NCBI GenBank assembly: GCA_048940645.1
Contig: JBHLOI010000011.1
Coordinates: 1 to 64,000, forward strand
Source of the DNA: Promethearchaeota archaeon
GTDB taxonomy: Archaea; Asgardarchaeota; Lokiarchaeia; Sigyniarchaeales; SOKP01
Direction: 5' to 3'
Length of the DNA: 64,000 nt
A model generated the notes under the pieces. It did not search any database. It had not been told where the DNA came from and saw only the letters and a list, made by a program, of their open reading frames with translations. Positions 10,282 to 20,824 of the stretch are shown here, piece by piece. The translations under genes and the position numbers were made by a program. Within the stretch, counting starts at the first letter, position 1. Each line of letters begins with the position of its first letter.

Positions 10282-11313
10282 ATGGATTTTATAACTAATT
10301 TTCTTAACAATATTACTGATTACTCGATTATATCAATAATAGGTCTTGCAAAAAATGTTAGTAAAACTACTACATTAAATTATATTATCAAGAATCTAAA
10401 AGATTATAAACTTGGTTTAACTTCTATAGGAAGAGATGGAGAAAAGTATGATGTGATAACCCAATTACCGAAGCCAAGGATTTTTATAGAGGAAGGAACA
10501 TATATTGCAACTGCTCGGCAGAGTTTAGAAAATAGTGAGATAAAAGTAAATCTTGTTAAAAAAACAGGAATAGAAACACCAATGGGAGAGGTACTAATTT
10601 CAAAAGCAATTACTCCAGGTCTAATCGAACTTGCGGGTCCATCAATAAATTATCAATTATCTATAATATGTAAAGAATTGAAAGATCTCGGATGTAAAGT
10701 TATTTTAGTGGATGGTGCATTTGACAGAAGAGCATATGCAACGCCTTTAATATCTGATGCAACTATATTATCTACTGGTGCCTCGGTTTCGGAAGATATG
10801 AACTATGTAGTCGATTTAACTGTCCATACAGTGGAATTATTAACTCTTGAAAGTGAAACTGACAAGCTAATTTTAAGATTAGCAAAAAAAATTTTAGAGA
10901 ATAATAAAGTTGGAATTATCAATAAAGATAATTCTATTAAAGGATTAGGATTATTGACAGCGCTAGATGCATCAAAAGAAATTATAGAAAATCTAGATGA
11001 TAAATCGCAATTTGTTGTAATTAAAGGAGCTTTAACAGATAAATTATTAGAGGATTTAATGCAGTTAACTAATAAATATAAGGGTTTGATATTTTTAGTC
11101 GAAGATGGAACTAAATTGTTTTTAAGTAAAAATACGTTTAAAAAGTTTCAAAAAAAAGGAGGATTTCTAAAAGTCATAAATCCGATAAAGATTATAGCCT
11201 TAACCATTAATCCAACATCTCCGGAAGGATATAAGTTTAACAAAATTGAATTTTTAAAGTTATTAAGGCAGAATATTAAGATCCCTATTTATGATCTTGG
11301 ACCATGTGGATGA
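10282..11313 (+). CDS. kamB: Lysine 5,6-aminomutase reactivase subunit KamB-like
   Basis: SIIGLAKNVSKTTTLN, TSIGRDGE, LVDGAFDR motifs; directly upstream of kamDE. Confidence 0.75.
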   Translation: MDFITNFLNNITDYSIISIIGLAKNVSKTTTLNYIIKNLKDYKLGLTSIGRDGEKYDVITQLPKPRIFIEEGTYIATARQSLENSEIKVNLVKKTGIETPMGEVLISKAITPGLIELAGPSINYQLSIICKELKDLGCKVILVDGAFDRRAYATPLISDATILSTGASVSEDMNYVVDLTVHTVELLTLESETDKLILRLAKKILENNKVGIINKDNSIKGLGLLTALDASKEIIENLDDKSQFVVIKGALTDKLLEDLMQLTNKYKGLIFLVEDGTKLFLSKNTFKKFQKKGGFLKVINPIKIIALTINPTSPEGYKFNKIEFLKLLRQNIKIPIYDLGPCG

Positions 11314-11368
11314 AAGATGCTTTTAGCATATTTAACATAAATTATAATTTATAAAAAAAGTGTGAGAT

Positions 11369-12958
11369 ATGGGAATAAATATTAAAGAAAAAGAAAGTAA
11401 AGTAAATATTGATTTTATGCTCGTAGAAAAAGCAAGATCAGTAGCCAGAAAAATTGCAATTGATACTCAAAACTTTATTGACAAACATACGACGACGACT
11501 ATTGAGAGAACAGTATGCAGATTATTAGGAATTGATGGTGTTGATGAATTTGGGGTTCCACTGCCTAATAATGTAGTGGAAAATATAAATAAAGGGAATA
11601 ATCTTGGAAAAGGAGTTACTACTTTCCTTGGAAATGCAATGATTCATACAGGTTTAACTCTGCAACAAATAGCTGAAAAAGTTTCAAATGAAGTAATAGA
11701 TTTGAATGAATTCCAATTAAATGAGGATATTGAAATTAAGGAAGTAATCAATCCTATAGTTAAAGAAACCCTTAAAAAAATTAAACAAAACAAAGAAAAA
11801 AGGATATACTTCATCAATAAATTTGGTGATAAAGAAGGACCATATATTTATGTGATTGTAGCTACTGGAAACATTTATGAAGATATTGTCCAGGCTAAGG
11901 CGGCTGCAAGACAAGGGGCAGACATTATCGCTGTTATAAGATCTACTGGTCAGAGCCTTCTTGATTATGTTCCGTATGGACCAACCACAGAAGGATATGG
12001 GGGTACTTATGCCACGCAAGAAAATTTTAGACTTATGAGAAAAGCATTAGATGAAGTTAGTAAAGAATTAGGAAGATATATTAGATTAACTAACTATTGT
12101 TCTGGATTATGTATGCCAGAAATTGCAGCAATGGGAGCTTTTGAAAGATTAGATGTGATGTTAAATGATGCTCTATATGGTATTTTATTTAGAGATATTA
12201 ACATGCAAAGAACTATTATTGACCAATATTTTTCAAGAATGATTAATGCATATGCGGGAGTTATCATTAACACCGGGGAAGATAATTATCTCACTACTGC
12301 GGATGCATATGAAGCAGCTCATACTGTTTTAGCGTCTCAATTTATTAATGAACAATTCGCGTTACTTGCTGGATTAAAAGAAGAACAAATGGGATTAGGT
12401 CATGCTTTTGAAATGAATCCTGAATTAGAAAATGGTTTTTTGTTTGAATTAGCTCAAGCTCAGATGACAAGAGAGATTTTCCCTAAAGCTCCACTAAAAT
12501 ATATGCCTCCAACAAAATATATGACTGGAAATATCTTTAAAGGGCATATTCAAGATACTTTGTTCAATATGATTACAATCCTGACTAACCAGCGTATACA
12601 TCTCTTAGGTATGCTAACAGAGGCAATACATACCCCATTTATCTCAGATAGAGCATTATCTATTGAAAATGCAAAATATATATTCAACAATATGAAATCA
12701 ATTAGTGAAGAGATTACTTTTAAAAAAGGGGGTATTATGGAAGAAAGAGTTAGAGAAATTTTACATAAGTCTATTGAATTACTACAAGAGATTGAAAAAC
12801 AAGGATTATTTAATACAATTGAAAAAGGAATTTTTGCAAATATTAAGAGATCTATTAATGGTGGAAAAGGATTGAAGGGAGTAATTAAAAGAGAAAAAAA
12901 TTATTATAATCCTTTTATGGAAATTATGGCAAAACAGTTAAAAGGAGGAAGAGATTAA
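11369..12958 (+). CDS. kamD: Beta-lysine/D-lysine 5,6-aminomutase alpha subunit
   Basis: YVIVATGNIYEDIVQA, RSTGQSLLDYVPYG, NYCSGLCMPEIA, KYMPPTKYMTG. Confidence 0.96.
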   Translation: MGINIKEKESKVNIDFMLVEKARSVARKIAIDTQNFIDKHTTTTIERTVCRLLGIDGVDEFGVPLPNNVVENINKGNNLGKGVTTFLGNAMIHTGLTLQQIAEKVSNEVIDLNEFQLNEDIEIKEVINPIVKETLKKIKQNKEKRIYFINKFGDKEGPYIYVIVATGNIYEDIVQAKAAARQGADIIAVIRSTGQSLLDYVPYGPTTEGYGGTYATQENFRLMRKALDEVSKELGRYIRLTNYCSGLCMPEIAAMGAFERLDVMLNDALYGILFRDINMQRTIIDQYFSRMINAYAGVIINTGEDNYLTTADAYEAAHTVLASQFINEQFALLAGLKEEQMGLGHAFEMNPELENGFLFELAQAQMTREIFPKAPLKYMPPTKYMTGNIFKGHIQDTLFNMITILTNQRIHLLGMLTEAIHTPFISDRALSIENAKYIFNNMKSISEEITFKKGGIMEERVREILHKSIELLQEIEKQGLFNTIEKGIFANIKRSINGGKGLKGVIKREKNYYNPFMEIMAKQLKGGRD

Positions 12959-12959
12959 A

Positions 12960-13718
12960 TTGGAAAAAAGTAAATCTATTGATTTGACTAGACTTAAGCC
13001 TTATGGTGATACTATGAATGATGGTAAAGTCCAAATTAGTTTTACACTTCCTGTAGATAATAGCGAAAAAGCAATTTTAGCTGCTAAAAAAGTTGCTGAA
13101 AAAATGGGGTTAGAAGACCCTGATGTTGTGTATCATAAAAAACTCGATATAGGTTTTACTTTCTTTATCATATATGGACGGCTGGATTTTTCAATAGATT
13201 ATTCAAAAATTAAAGCTGAGTCTATAGAAGTAGATATAATGTCAATAAAAGAAATCGATGAATATATTAAGGAGAAGATACACCGCAAAGTAATAGTCAT
13301 AGGTGCTACTACAGGTACAGACGCTCATACTGTTGGAATTGATGCAATTATATCTATGAAAGGTTATGCGGGACATAAAGGACTTGAAAGTTATAAAATG
13401 ATTGAAACTTATAATATGGGAAGCCAAGTGACAAATGAAGAATTTATAAAGAAAGCAATAGAAATGAAAGCAGATGTTCTTCTTGTTTCCCAGACAGTTA
13501 CTCAAAAAAATATTCATTTAAAAAATTTAACTAATCTAGTAGAACTTTTAGAAGCAGAAGCTATAAGAGATAAAGTAATCTTAATCTGTGGAGGCCCTAG
13601 AATAAATAATGAATTAGCCAAAGAATTAGGGTATGATGCAGGATTTGGACCAAATACGTATGCAGAGACCGTTGCCTCCTATTTCATAAAAGAAATAGTT
13701 AATAGAAAAATAAAATAA
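12960..13718 (+). CDS. kamE: Lysine 5,6-aminomutase beta subunit (cobalamin-binding)
   Basis: KPYGDTMNDGKVQ; DAHTVG B12 motif; MKGYAGHKGLE PLP-lysine region. Confidence 0.96.
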   Translation: MEKSKSIDLTRLKPYGDTMNDGKVQISFTLPVDNSEKAILAAKKVAEKMGLEDPDVVYHKKLDIGFTFFIIYGRLDFSIDYSKIKAESIEVDIMSIKEIDEYIKEKIHRKVIVIGATTGTDAHTVGIDAIISMKGYAGHKGLESYKMIETYNMGSQVTNEEFIKKAIEMKADVLLVSQTVTQKNIHLKNLTNLVELLEAEAIRDKVILICGGPRINNELAKELGYDAGFGPNTYAETVASYFIKEIVNRKIK

Positions 13719-13728
13719 AAAAAATTTT

Positions 13729-14544
13729 TTAAACTGGAATATCTCTTTTATTAAAAATTAAAATAGATACTACCACTAACAAAACAGAATAGCCAGTTAA
13801 TATTAGGATATCTCGAAGTACATTATCCCAAACTTGATTTACAAGGAGATTTGAGGTTTCAAAATAATAGAAAATACTTGTATATTTGATTCCTTGTAAG
13901 CTTTCATCAAAATTCTCCCAGAAGGCTCCAATAATATAGAAAAAGATTATTATTCCCAAACCAAATGCAAGTGCTTTACGTGGTTTTAAAAATGTTGAAA
14001 GAATTAAGCTTGTACTGATTAAAGCAACTAGAAACACAAAAAGCCATATAAATGCAACAATCAATTCAGTAATATACACTTCTGAAGGATTTACATTTGG
14101 AAAAATAAAAATTCCAAGAAAAAAACATAAAGCTACACAAGTTATAACGAAAAATGTTAAGAAAACATAATGAAAGTATTTTCCAATAACAAATTTCCAT
14201 CTTTTAACTGGTTTTGATAAGATTAAATCAATTGTCTTATTCTCGATTTCTTTTGGTATGTCTTGGGTTGTTTTCATTATAAAGTATAGTCCAAAATAAA
14301 ACCAAGCTAAAGCAAACAGATAAACATTTATATAACCACTAAATATTGTTAATGAAAGGAAATCACCAACAAGTTGTTTTATCGCATCTGGATAACTATC
14401 AAGAATATCTTCCATTCCAGCAAACAATTCGGGGTCGTAAAATGATACAAACCACATGAAAAATAATGAGAGCAATATTGTGAAGATTAGTATACCCTTA
14501 TAATTATACTTTATCTCTTTTAGAATAATCTGGAAAACTTTCAT
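13729..14544 (-). CDS. ABC-2 type transporter permease
   Basis: About six TM helices; EIENKTIDLILSKPV motif; overlaps the ATPase gene. Confidence 0.88.
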   Translation of the reverse strand: MKVFQIILKEIKYNYKGILIFTILLSLFFMWFVSFYDPELFAGMEDILDSYPDAIKQLVGDFLSLTIFSGYINVYLFALAWFYFGLYFIMKTTQDIPKEIENKTIDLILSKPVKRWKFVIGKYFHYVFLTFFVITCVALCFFLGIFIFPNVNPSEVYITELIVAFIWLFVFLVALISTSLILSTFLKPRKALAFGLGIIIFFYIIGAFWENFDESLQGIKYTSIFYYFETSNLLVNQVWDNVLRDILILTGYSVLLVVVSILIFNKRDIPV

Positions 14545-15497
14545 GCGATCTCACCTTTTTTGGTATTCGTATCTTTATAGTATTGTAAAAAAATACTTTC
14601 TAAACTAGAATGCTGTATTGTAAAATCCTTTATTTCTTCGCCATTCCACTTTTTTTCACTAAGATCTTTTAAGATATCTCGCGTTTCTTTAGGTGGTAAT
14701 AGAAAAGAAATATGATCATCAAAACTATAGTTTATAACTACTTCTGGAAATGTAGAAGTTAAATATGAATGGAAAGTTTTCATCCCTGATTTTGTCGCAA
14801 AATCTAGCTCTATTTTTTTTAAGCTTTTCTCTTTAAGATCTTGAACATTAGAGATTTCTACAATTTTCCCTTCTTTTATAATAGCAACTCGATCACAAAA
14901 TTTTTCTACTTCTGGAAGAACATGACTAGATATAAATACAGTGCAATTAGATTCCTTTTGGCGTTCAGATATGATGCGATAAAACTCAGATTGCATTAAG
15001 GGATCTAATCCAGATGTTGGTTCATCCATAATTAAAAGATCAAACTTTCCCATAATTGCTGCTAAAACTCCTACTTTTTGTTTGTTTCCTTTGCTTAATT
15101 CGCCTATTTTCCTTTCCATATCTAGTTTTAAACGGTTTGCTACATCTTTAATGAAGTCCCAATCAATTTCCACATCATATAATTTTGCGAAGTAATTGAT
15201 TAATTGATAACCATTTAAATCTTTGTAAAGTCCTAATTCTCCTGGTAAATATCCAATACGGTTTCGAATTTCCACATCTACACTTGGATTTATTTTTTCT
15301 CCTAGAATAGTGATTTCTCCAGCATCAATTTGTAATAGACCAAGTAAGCAGCGTATCGTAGTAGTTTTTCCCGCTCCATTAGGACCTAAAAAACCAAAAC
15401 GGGATCCTTGTGGAACATTAAAAGAAATATTTTCAACTCCTTTTACTTTACCACGATTATAGTATTTTTTAAGATTTTTTACTTCAATTACATTCAT
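14541..15497 (-). CDS. ABC transporter ATP-binding protein
   Basis: GPNGAGKTT, LSKGNKQK, MDEPTSGLD, SSH. Confidence 0.95.
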   Translation of the reverse strand: MNVIEVKNLKKYYNRGKVKGVENISFNVPQGSRFGFLGPNGAGKTTTIRCLLGLLQIDAGEITILGEKINPSVDVEIRNRIGYLPGELGLYKDLNGYQLINYFAKLYDVEIDWDFIKDVANRLKLDMERKIGELSKGNKQKVGVLAAIMGKFDLLIMDEPTSGLDPLMQSEFYRIISERQKESNCTVFISSHVLPEVEKFCDRVAIIKEGKIVEISNVQDLKEKSLKKIELDFATKSGMKTFHSYLTSTFPEVVINYSFDDHISFLLPPKETRDILKDLSEKKWNGEEIKDFTIQHSSLESIFLQYYKDTNTKKGEIA

Positions 15498-15582
15498 TTT
15501 TTATTTCATATCCTCTAATGACTAGTTTAAAATTTTTATAGAAATTAATTCCTATTAATTGAATAGATAGAATAATATTTAA

Positions 15583-15623
15583 ATATTTTCACATTTTTCG
15601 AAATTCATGAAATATGAAAATAT
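15583..15623. promoter_or_regulatory. Inverted repeat, probable operator between the ABC operon and the regulator pair
   Basis: ATATTTTCACATTT-N13-AAATATGAAAATAT (14-bp arms, 1 mismatch), adjacent to TATA-like sequences on both sides. Confidence 0.55.
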
Positions 15624-15657
15624 ATAAATGTCAAAGATAATATGATTTAATTAGGAA

Positions 15658-16188
15658 ATGTTAAGTGAATCATTATCAAATCATATATTTAAAGGAAAAT
15701 TAAAGGATTTTGAACAAGAATTAGTTAAATTTTTTTCAGACTTAACAGAAGAGGATCCAAAAGGAAATGCATATATCGATATTGCAGCATATTTATTTAT
15801 CCATAGAAATTTAACCCAAAAACAGTTAAAAGAATTAACAGGATTTTCAGTGGGGTCAATTTCTAATATTTTATCAATTTTGGAGAACACTGGAGTTATT
15901 GAGAAGAAACCAGTATTACTTATTCGCAAAAAGAAGAAAGTAAGAGTAAATACATATTCTTTAGGTAATAATAGGGATCTATTTTTAAAGTCGCAGAGGA
16001 GTAGACTAGCAAATGCATCCCAAACATATCAATTTATTTTATCAAAAAAGAAAGAGTTAGAAATATTTAAAAATCAAGATAAGAAAGGATATCAATTATT
16101 ATCAAGTAGAATAGAAGATATATTGAAATTTTTAGACAATATTAGCACACTTGTTAAATATTTTACAGAACCTTATCTTAATAAGTAA
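15658..16188 (+). CDS. GbsR/MarR-like winged-helix regulator
   Basis: LTQKQLKELTGFSVGSISNILSILE HTH followed by a coiled-coil. Confidence 0.75.
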   Translation: MLSESLSNHIFKGKLKDFEQELVKFFSDLTEEDPKGNAYIDIAAYLFIHRNLTQKQLKELTGFSVGSISNILSILENTGVIEKKPVLLIRKKKKVRVNTYSLGNNRDLFLKSQRSRLANASQTYQFILSKKKELEIFKNQDKKGYQLLSSRIEDILKFLDNISTLVKYFTEPYLNK

Positions 16189-16725
16189 ATGGGAATTAAA
16201 TTGTCAAGTAAAGAAACGTCAAATAAATTAGAAGTTTTAGATCCAGAAATAAAAGAAATTGAAGATCAAATTATTCAATTTCTAGTAACTAATTTATTTT
16301 ATAGATATAGCCATTATTCTGCAACGATACTGGCATACTTTCTTACAAGAGAAGGTCTCACCCAAAAACATCTTCAAAAGCTTACAGGTTTTTCAGCTGG
16401 AAAGATTTCTGAAGAATTAAATAGATTTATTAAAATAGGCTATATTGAGAGAAAGAAATTCATTAAAGGGCAATATATTTACAAAATGCCTGAAATTGGG
16501 CAATTTTTTAGAAATATTTTTTTTGGAGTAAAGGAAAAAATGGTTAAATGGGAAAAACGTATTAAAGGAATTCAGAATGAACTAAAAAGGCAAAAAGATT
16601 TGCAAAATCTTAATGGTTATGATAAAATAAATGAAGCTATAAACCTATTCGTTCCTATTTTTGATATTTATCATACTTTTATGGAGCAATTAGATGATAT
16701 TGAGAAAGATTTAATAGATAGTTAA
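16189..16725 (+). CDS. GbsR/MarR-like winged-helix regulator (paralogue)
   Basis: LTQKHLQKLTGFSAGKISEELNRF HTH; abuts the previous gene. Confidence 0.75.
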   Translation: MGIKLSSKETSNKLEVLDPEIKEIEDQIIQFLVTNLFYRYSHYSATILAYFLTREGLTQKHLQKLTGFSAGKISEELNRFIKIGYIERKKFIKGQYIYKMPEIGQFFRNIFFGVKEKMVKWEKRIKGIQNELKRQKDLQNLNGYDKINEAINLFVPIFDIYHTFMEQLDDIEKDLIDS

Positions 16726-16838
16726 GTTATAAGATATTAACTTTTCTATAGAATCTTTCTTTAATAGCTTATTGATTTAGAAACTTTATTAAATAATAAG
16801 ATTGAAAATAGTTTATATAAATCAAAAGAATTTTAAGA

Positions 16839-18647
16839 GTGTTTATAATGAGTAAAATACTTAGAATTGATTTAACCTCAAAACAATTGAAGATTGAGCA
16901 GGTTCCATCTTCCCTGGAAGAGGAATTTATAGGTGGAGCTGGAGTTGCAGCAGCAATTTTTGCACGAGAAGTACCAGCTGATATCGATCCGCTCAGTTCT
17001 GAAAATCTACTAATAGTTTCAGTTGGTCCAATATGTGGCACTACAGTTCCATATTGTGGACGTCATTTTGTTACGGCAAAATCTCCCTTAACGAATATTT
17101 TAGGTGAATCATCTGCTGGAGGTTTTTTTGGAAATGAACTAAAAAGAACTGGTTTTGATCATGTTATTATAAAAGGAAAGAGTGATAAACCAGTGTATAT
17201 ATGGATTGAAAATGAAAAGGCAGAAATTAGAGATGCCGCTGGATTATGGGGGAAAAAAATACGAGAGACAGAAGATGCAATAAAAGAAGAACTCGGAGAT
17301 AATAAAGTCAAAATTGCTTCAATAGGACCGGCAGGTGAAAACCTTGTCAAGTTTGCTTCAATTATGAATGAAAAAGGCCATGCAGCTGGTCGTTGTGGTA
17401 TGGGTGCTGTAATGGGAAGTAAAAAATTAAAGTCTATTGCTGTGCGTGGTACTAAAGGCGTACCGATTGAAGATGAAAATAAATTGTCTGAAGCTGTAAA
17501 AGAATTAAGAAAAATAGCAAAAGAATCACCTATGTCTCAAGTAATGCATGACTTTGGTACACTTATTCATATAGATAATTATGTTAGTGCTGGAGACGTT
17601 CCAATTAAAAATTTTTCTTTAAGCCGATGGAGTGGAACAAAAAAAATTGGAGTATATGCCTTATTTGAGGATCGTGAAGTACAACATTATGCTTGTTTTA
17701 ACTGTGCAACCGCATGCAGAGGAAGAATTAAATATAAAGAAGAATGGGTGGCATGGCCTGAATATGAATTTCTGGCTATGATGGGTTCCAATTTATATAT
17801 TGATGATTTAGAAGCCATAATTAAATGGAATGTGATGGTAAATGATTTAGGGATTGATTGTATTTCTCTGGGTGGAATTCTTGGAGTTTTTCTTGAAGCC
17901 TTAGAGAGAAATCTACTTGATATTGATTATAATAAACTTGGGTTTGAAAAAGACGCCGAAACAGAGCAGTATAAAATTTGGGGGGCTACTAAAGCGATTG
18001 AGAAATTGATTGAAATGATTGCCTATCGGGAGGATATTGGAAATGACATAGCTGAAGGTACAAAGAGCTTCTGTCAAAATAAAAAATTACCAGAAGATCT
18101 TCATCTCCATGGTAAGGGGCTCGAAATACCTGCCCATGAACCTCGTGCGAATAATATGACAGCATTAGATCTTGCTACATCTTCCCGTGGAGCATATCAT
18201 TGCTTTGAACCTTTACATTTATCATTTGCAGCACACTTTAAAAAAGAACTAGAACTTACAGAAAGGATTGATCCTTTCTGTGTAGATGAGGCTGTAAATG
18301 CTGTTAAAAGAATTCAAGATGCATGTGAAGCATATGTGGCAACTGGTGGTTGTATATTTGGTTTTTGGTATGCGACTGAGATTTCTCCCTGGGTGAATGC
18401 GCTAAATGCAATAACAGGACGATTATATACAGTTGAAGATTGGGTACAAATTGGTGAGAATCTATTCAATATGAAACGAGAATACAATTTACAATGTGGT
18501 ATCACAAGTAAAGATGACTCTATAGGTTCAAGATTCTCTATTCCTATTCCAAAAGGGGGGACTAAGAAGAATGTACCTCCTTTAGAGGATATGGTGAAAA
18601 AATATTATAAGATGCGGAACTGGGATTCCGAAGGAAAACCATTTTAA
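16839..18647 (+). CDS. aor: Tungsten aldehyde:ferredoxin oxidoreductase family protein (start probably ATG 16848)
   Basis: AKSPLT..ESSAGG, SIGPAGENLV, AGRCGMGAVMGSKKLK, CFNCATAC, PEYE. Confidence 0.9.
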   Translation: MFIMSKILRIDLTSKQLKIEQVPSSLEEEFIGGAGVAAAIFAREVPADIDPLSSENLLIVSVGPICGTTVPYCGRHFVTAKSPLTNILGESSAGGFFGNELKRTGFDHVIIKGKSDKPVYIWIENEKAEIRDAAGLWGKKIRETEDAIKEELGDNKVKIASIGPAGENLVKFASIMNEKGHAAGRCGMGAVMGSKKLKSIAVRGTKGVPIEDENKLSEAVKELRKIAKESPMSQVMHDFGTLIHIDNYVSAGDVPIKNFSLSRWSGTKKIGVYALFEDREVQHYACFNCATACRGRIKYKEEWVAWPEYEFLAMMGSNLYIDDLEAIIKWNVMVNDLGIDCISLGGILGVFLEALERNLLDIDYNKLGFEKDAETEQYKIWGATKAIEKLIEMIAYREDIGNDIAEGTKSFCQNKKLPEDLHLHGKGLEIPAHEPRANNMTALDLATSSRGAYHCFEPLHLSFAAHFKKELELTERIDPFCVDEAVNAVKRIQDACEAYVATGGCIFGFWYATEISPWVNALNAITGRLYTVEDWVQIGENLFNMKREYNLQCGITSKDDSIGSRFSIPIPKGGTKKNVPPLEDMVKKYYKMRNWDSEGKPF

Positions 18648-18681
18648 ATTTTTCTTTTTTTTAAAAAATTGAGAATGCGCT

Positions 18682-20664
18682 TTATATTTTAACAAAAAGG
18701 TGTAGAGCGGCCCCTACTCCAAGTGCATTTGATATTACCGCTGAAAAGAATAATTGAATAATATTAAATGAACTAAAAATCACAGCACCAAATGATTTGG
18801 TATACTGAAATATAAGTGTATTTTGAATAACTACTATCAGTAATATTATGTAAGTAAAAAGCACAGAAGGGAAGAAAATCCAAGACCATGTTAAAGACAT
18901 TAAATTTACTAGCACGTATATCGCTATGATGATAGTAACTTTAGATTTTAATCCTTCATTTTTAAGAAAATTTAATTGAGGGTAAACGACTTTTCTAAAT
19001 AAAATTTCTATTGAAAAATAAATTGGAAACACTGTGACTGAACCTATAAGGAAGTTAATGTAATTAGAAGGCCACATAAAAGCAAATGGATAAGAATAAG
19101 AGAAGATTAAATATAATATTATAAAATATAAGGAACATACTAAAGAATATAAAAAATATTTATATTTTACCTTGAACTTGAAAAGATTTTTGAAATCAGT
19201 CTTAATATCTTTTCTCTCTGTGCTTTTCAAATAAACTCTAAAACCTATAATCGTGAAGGTAATTGTTATTGCTGTTAAAATAATAAATACAATACTTATC
19301 GGTAAAATATAGGTGTGTATTGGATGAGTTGGAGAAAAAGAAAAGATAAAATAAATTGAAATAAAATAAATTGAGTATATTACCAATAAGATAAGAGTCC
19401 TTAAACTTACTTGAGTTGTAAGAAGTTCTTTAAGGTTGATTTTTCCCACATCTTTTTTATATTTTTTCAAATAAATAGCCGATTCAACTATCCCAAATAG
19501 CAAGATGATATTTAAGGAGGCGAGAAAAATACCTGGTAAACCAAATATCCTTTCAAATATCTCCCAATTTAATATGAATGCTGCCAAGAAGAAAATGATT
19601 TTTATTACTCTGAAAACAATTTTAAGTTTGGATAACTTTTCTTCTACGCTAGGTTTGAATAGTCTACTTGCCATTTCTTTAGTTTCTGATTCGTGATTGG
19701 TTTGTTGATTTTTAGAGAAAAATTTTGCAGAATAGGAAATTAATAACAAGCATATTAAGAATAAAAGCCCTAGGGTGAAGATTATAACTATATAATTAAC
19801 CATAAAAGTAATTATAATAGGACCATTAATTGTTTCTGATCCAAAGAAATTTTCTTCAAACCAATTAATAGATTCAATGATTACAATATCATCAAGTAAT
19901 TGATGTCCTCCTCCTATTAGTGGATGCGTAATTTTAATTACTTCACATCCAGTTAAATTTTGAGCAACACCTGCCTGATTTTCGAAATTCAATAACTCAT
20001 CATGTTCATGCATAATTATGAGTAAATTATGAGTGTTTGTAGTATTCATAAGCTGAGCTGGTACATATTTGTTATAATCGCTTGTCTCAAATATCCCTAC
20101 TTCTTGAGGATCAAAATTTACAAGTGGAGCCCATGCTACGGTAACATTGAAACGAAGATCTAAAGCTTGATTCATAAGTACAACCATGCCCCCTAAAGAA
20201 TGTCCTATTAAACCAATCTGAGAAGAGTTGACATTAGCATAAAATGGTAAAGTCTCTAATTTGTTTAATAGGTTGGAGCAAGCTAGAGCTAAAGCAGGAA
20301 TTCCACTCGGATCAATATCTGAAATACTTCCTCCACTTTCACCATGTCCATGGTAATCAAGTGCGGCGACATAAAAACCCCTTTTAGTGAACTCTATGGG
20401 AACCCTTAAATCAAAATCTCTCTGACTCCCAAGTCCATGACAATAAATAAGTAATGGTCTATTATTTTGGAAGTCTAAAGTCTTTGAAGGGTAAAATAAA
20501 TTGGCATATAATGTTGAACCACTGGATTGGAATTCTATTCTTTCATACTTAGAATAGCTCAGATTTTTATTAAAATGTAAATATATTAATAATCCTGTTA
20601 ATAATCCTATTAAAATTAAAATTCTCTTAAAAAATTTGATATCTTGTTTACTTATCTTATCCAT
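18682..20664 (-). CDS. Membrane-anchored alpha/beta hydrolase with multi-TM C-terminal domain
   Basis: HGLG, DYHGHGES, GHSLGG nucleophile elbow; many C-terminal TM helices. Confidence 0.85.
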   Translation of the reverse strand: MDKISKQDIKFFKRILILIGLLTGLLIYLHFNKNLSYSKYERIEFQSSGSTLYANLFYPSKTLDFQNNRPLLIYCHGLGSQRDFDLRVPIEFTKRGFYVAALDYHGHGESGGSISDIDPSGIPALALACSNLLNKLETLPFYANVNSSQIGLIGHSLGGMVVLMNQALDLRFNVTVAWAPLVNFDPQEVGIFETSDYNKYVPAQLMNTTNTHNLLIIMHEHDELLNFENQAGVAQNLTGCEVIKITHPLIGGGHQLLDDIVIIESINWFEENFFGSETINGPIIITFMVNYIVIIFTLGLLFLICLLLISYSAKFFSKNQQTNHESETKEMASRLFKPSVEEKLSKLKIVFRVIKIIFFLAAFILNWEIFERIFGLPGIFLASLNIILLFGIVESAIYLKKYKKDVGKINLKELLTTQVSLRTLILLVIYSIYFISIYFIFSFSPTHPIHTYILPISIVFIILTAITITFTIIGFRVYLKSTERKDIKTDFKNLFKFKVKYKYFLYSLVCSLYFIILYLIFSYSYPFAFMWPSNYINFLIGSVTVFPIYFSIEILFRKVVYPQLNFLKNEGLKSKVTIIIAIYVLVNLMSLTWSWIFFPSVLFTYIILLIVVIQNTLIFQYTKSFGAVIFSSFNIIQLFFSAVISNALGVGAALHLFVKI

Positions 20665-20824
20665 CTTTATTTAATTTTAGATTTCAAAATATTTAATATT
20701 TTTAATTTCGTATGATAGAAATATGACGATTAGGGTAAAATTATTTAAACTCCTCATTTTACTAACAATTTAAGAAAAAAAATAATTACTTTTCGATAAA
20801 GGTAGATTAAGCGTATCTTTTAAC

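Noticed and set aside
11379-11392. Motif-like site on the minus strand in the kamD 5' end
   Set aside because: Arises from N-I-K-E-K codons; shows the motif has some background in AT-rich DNA
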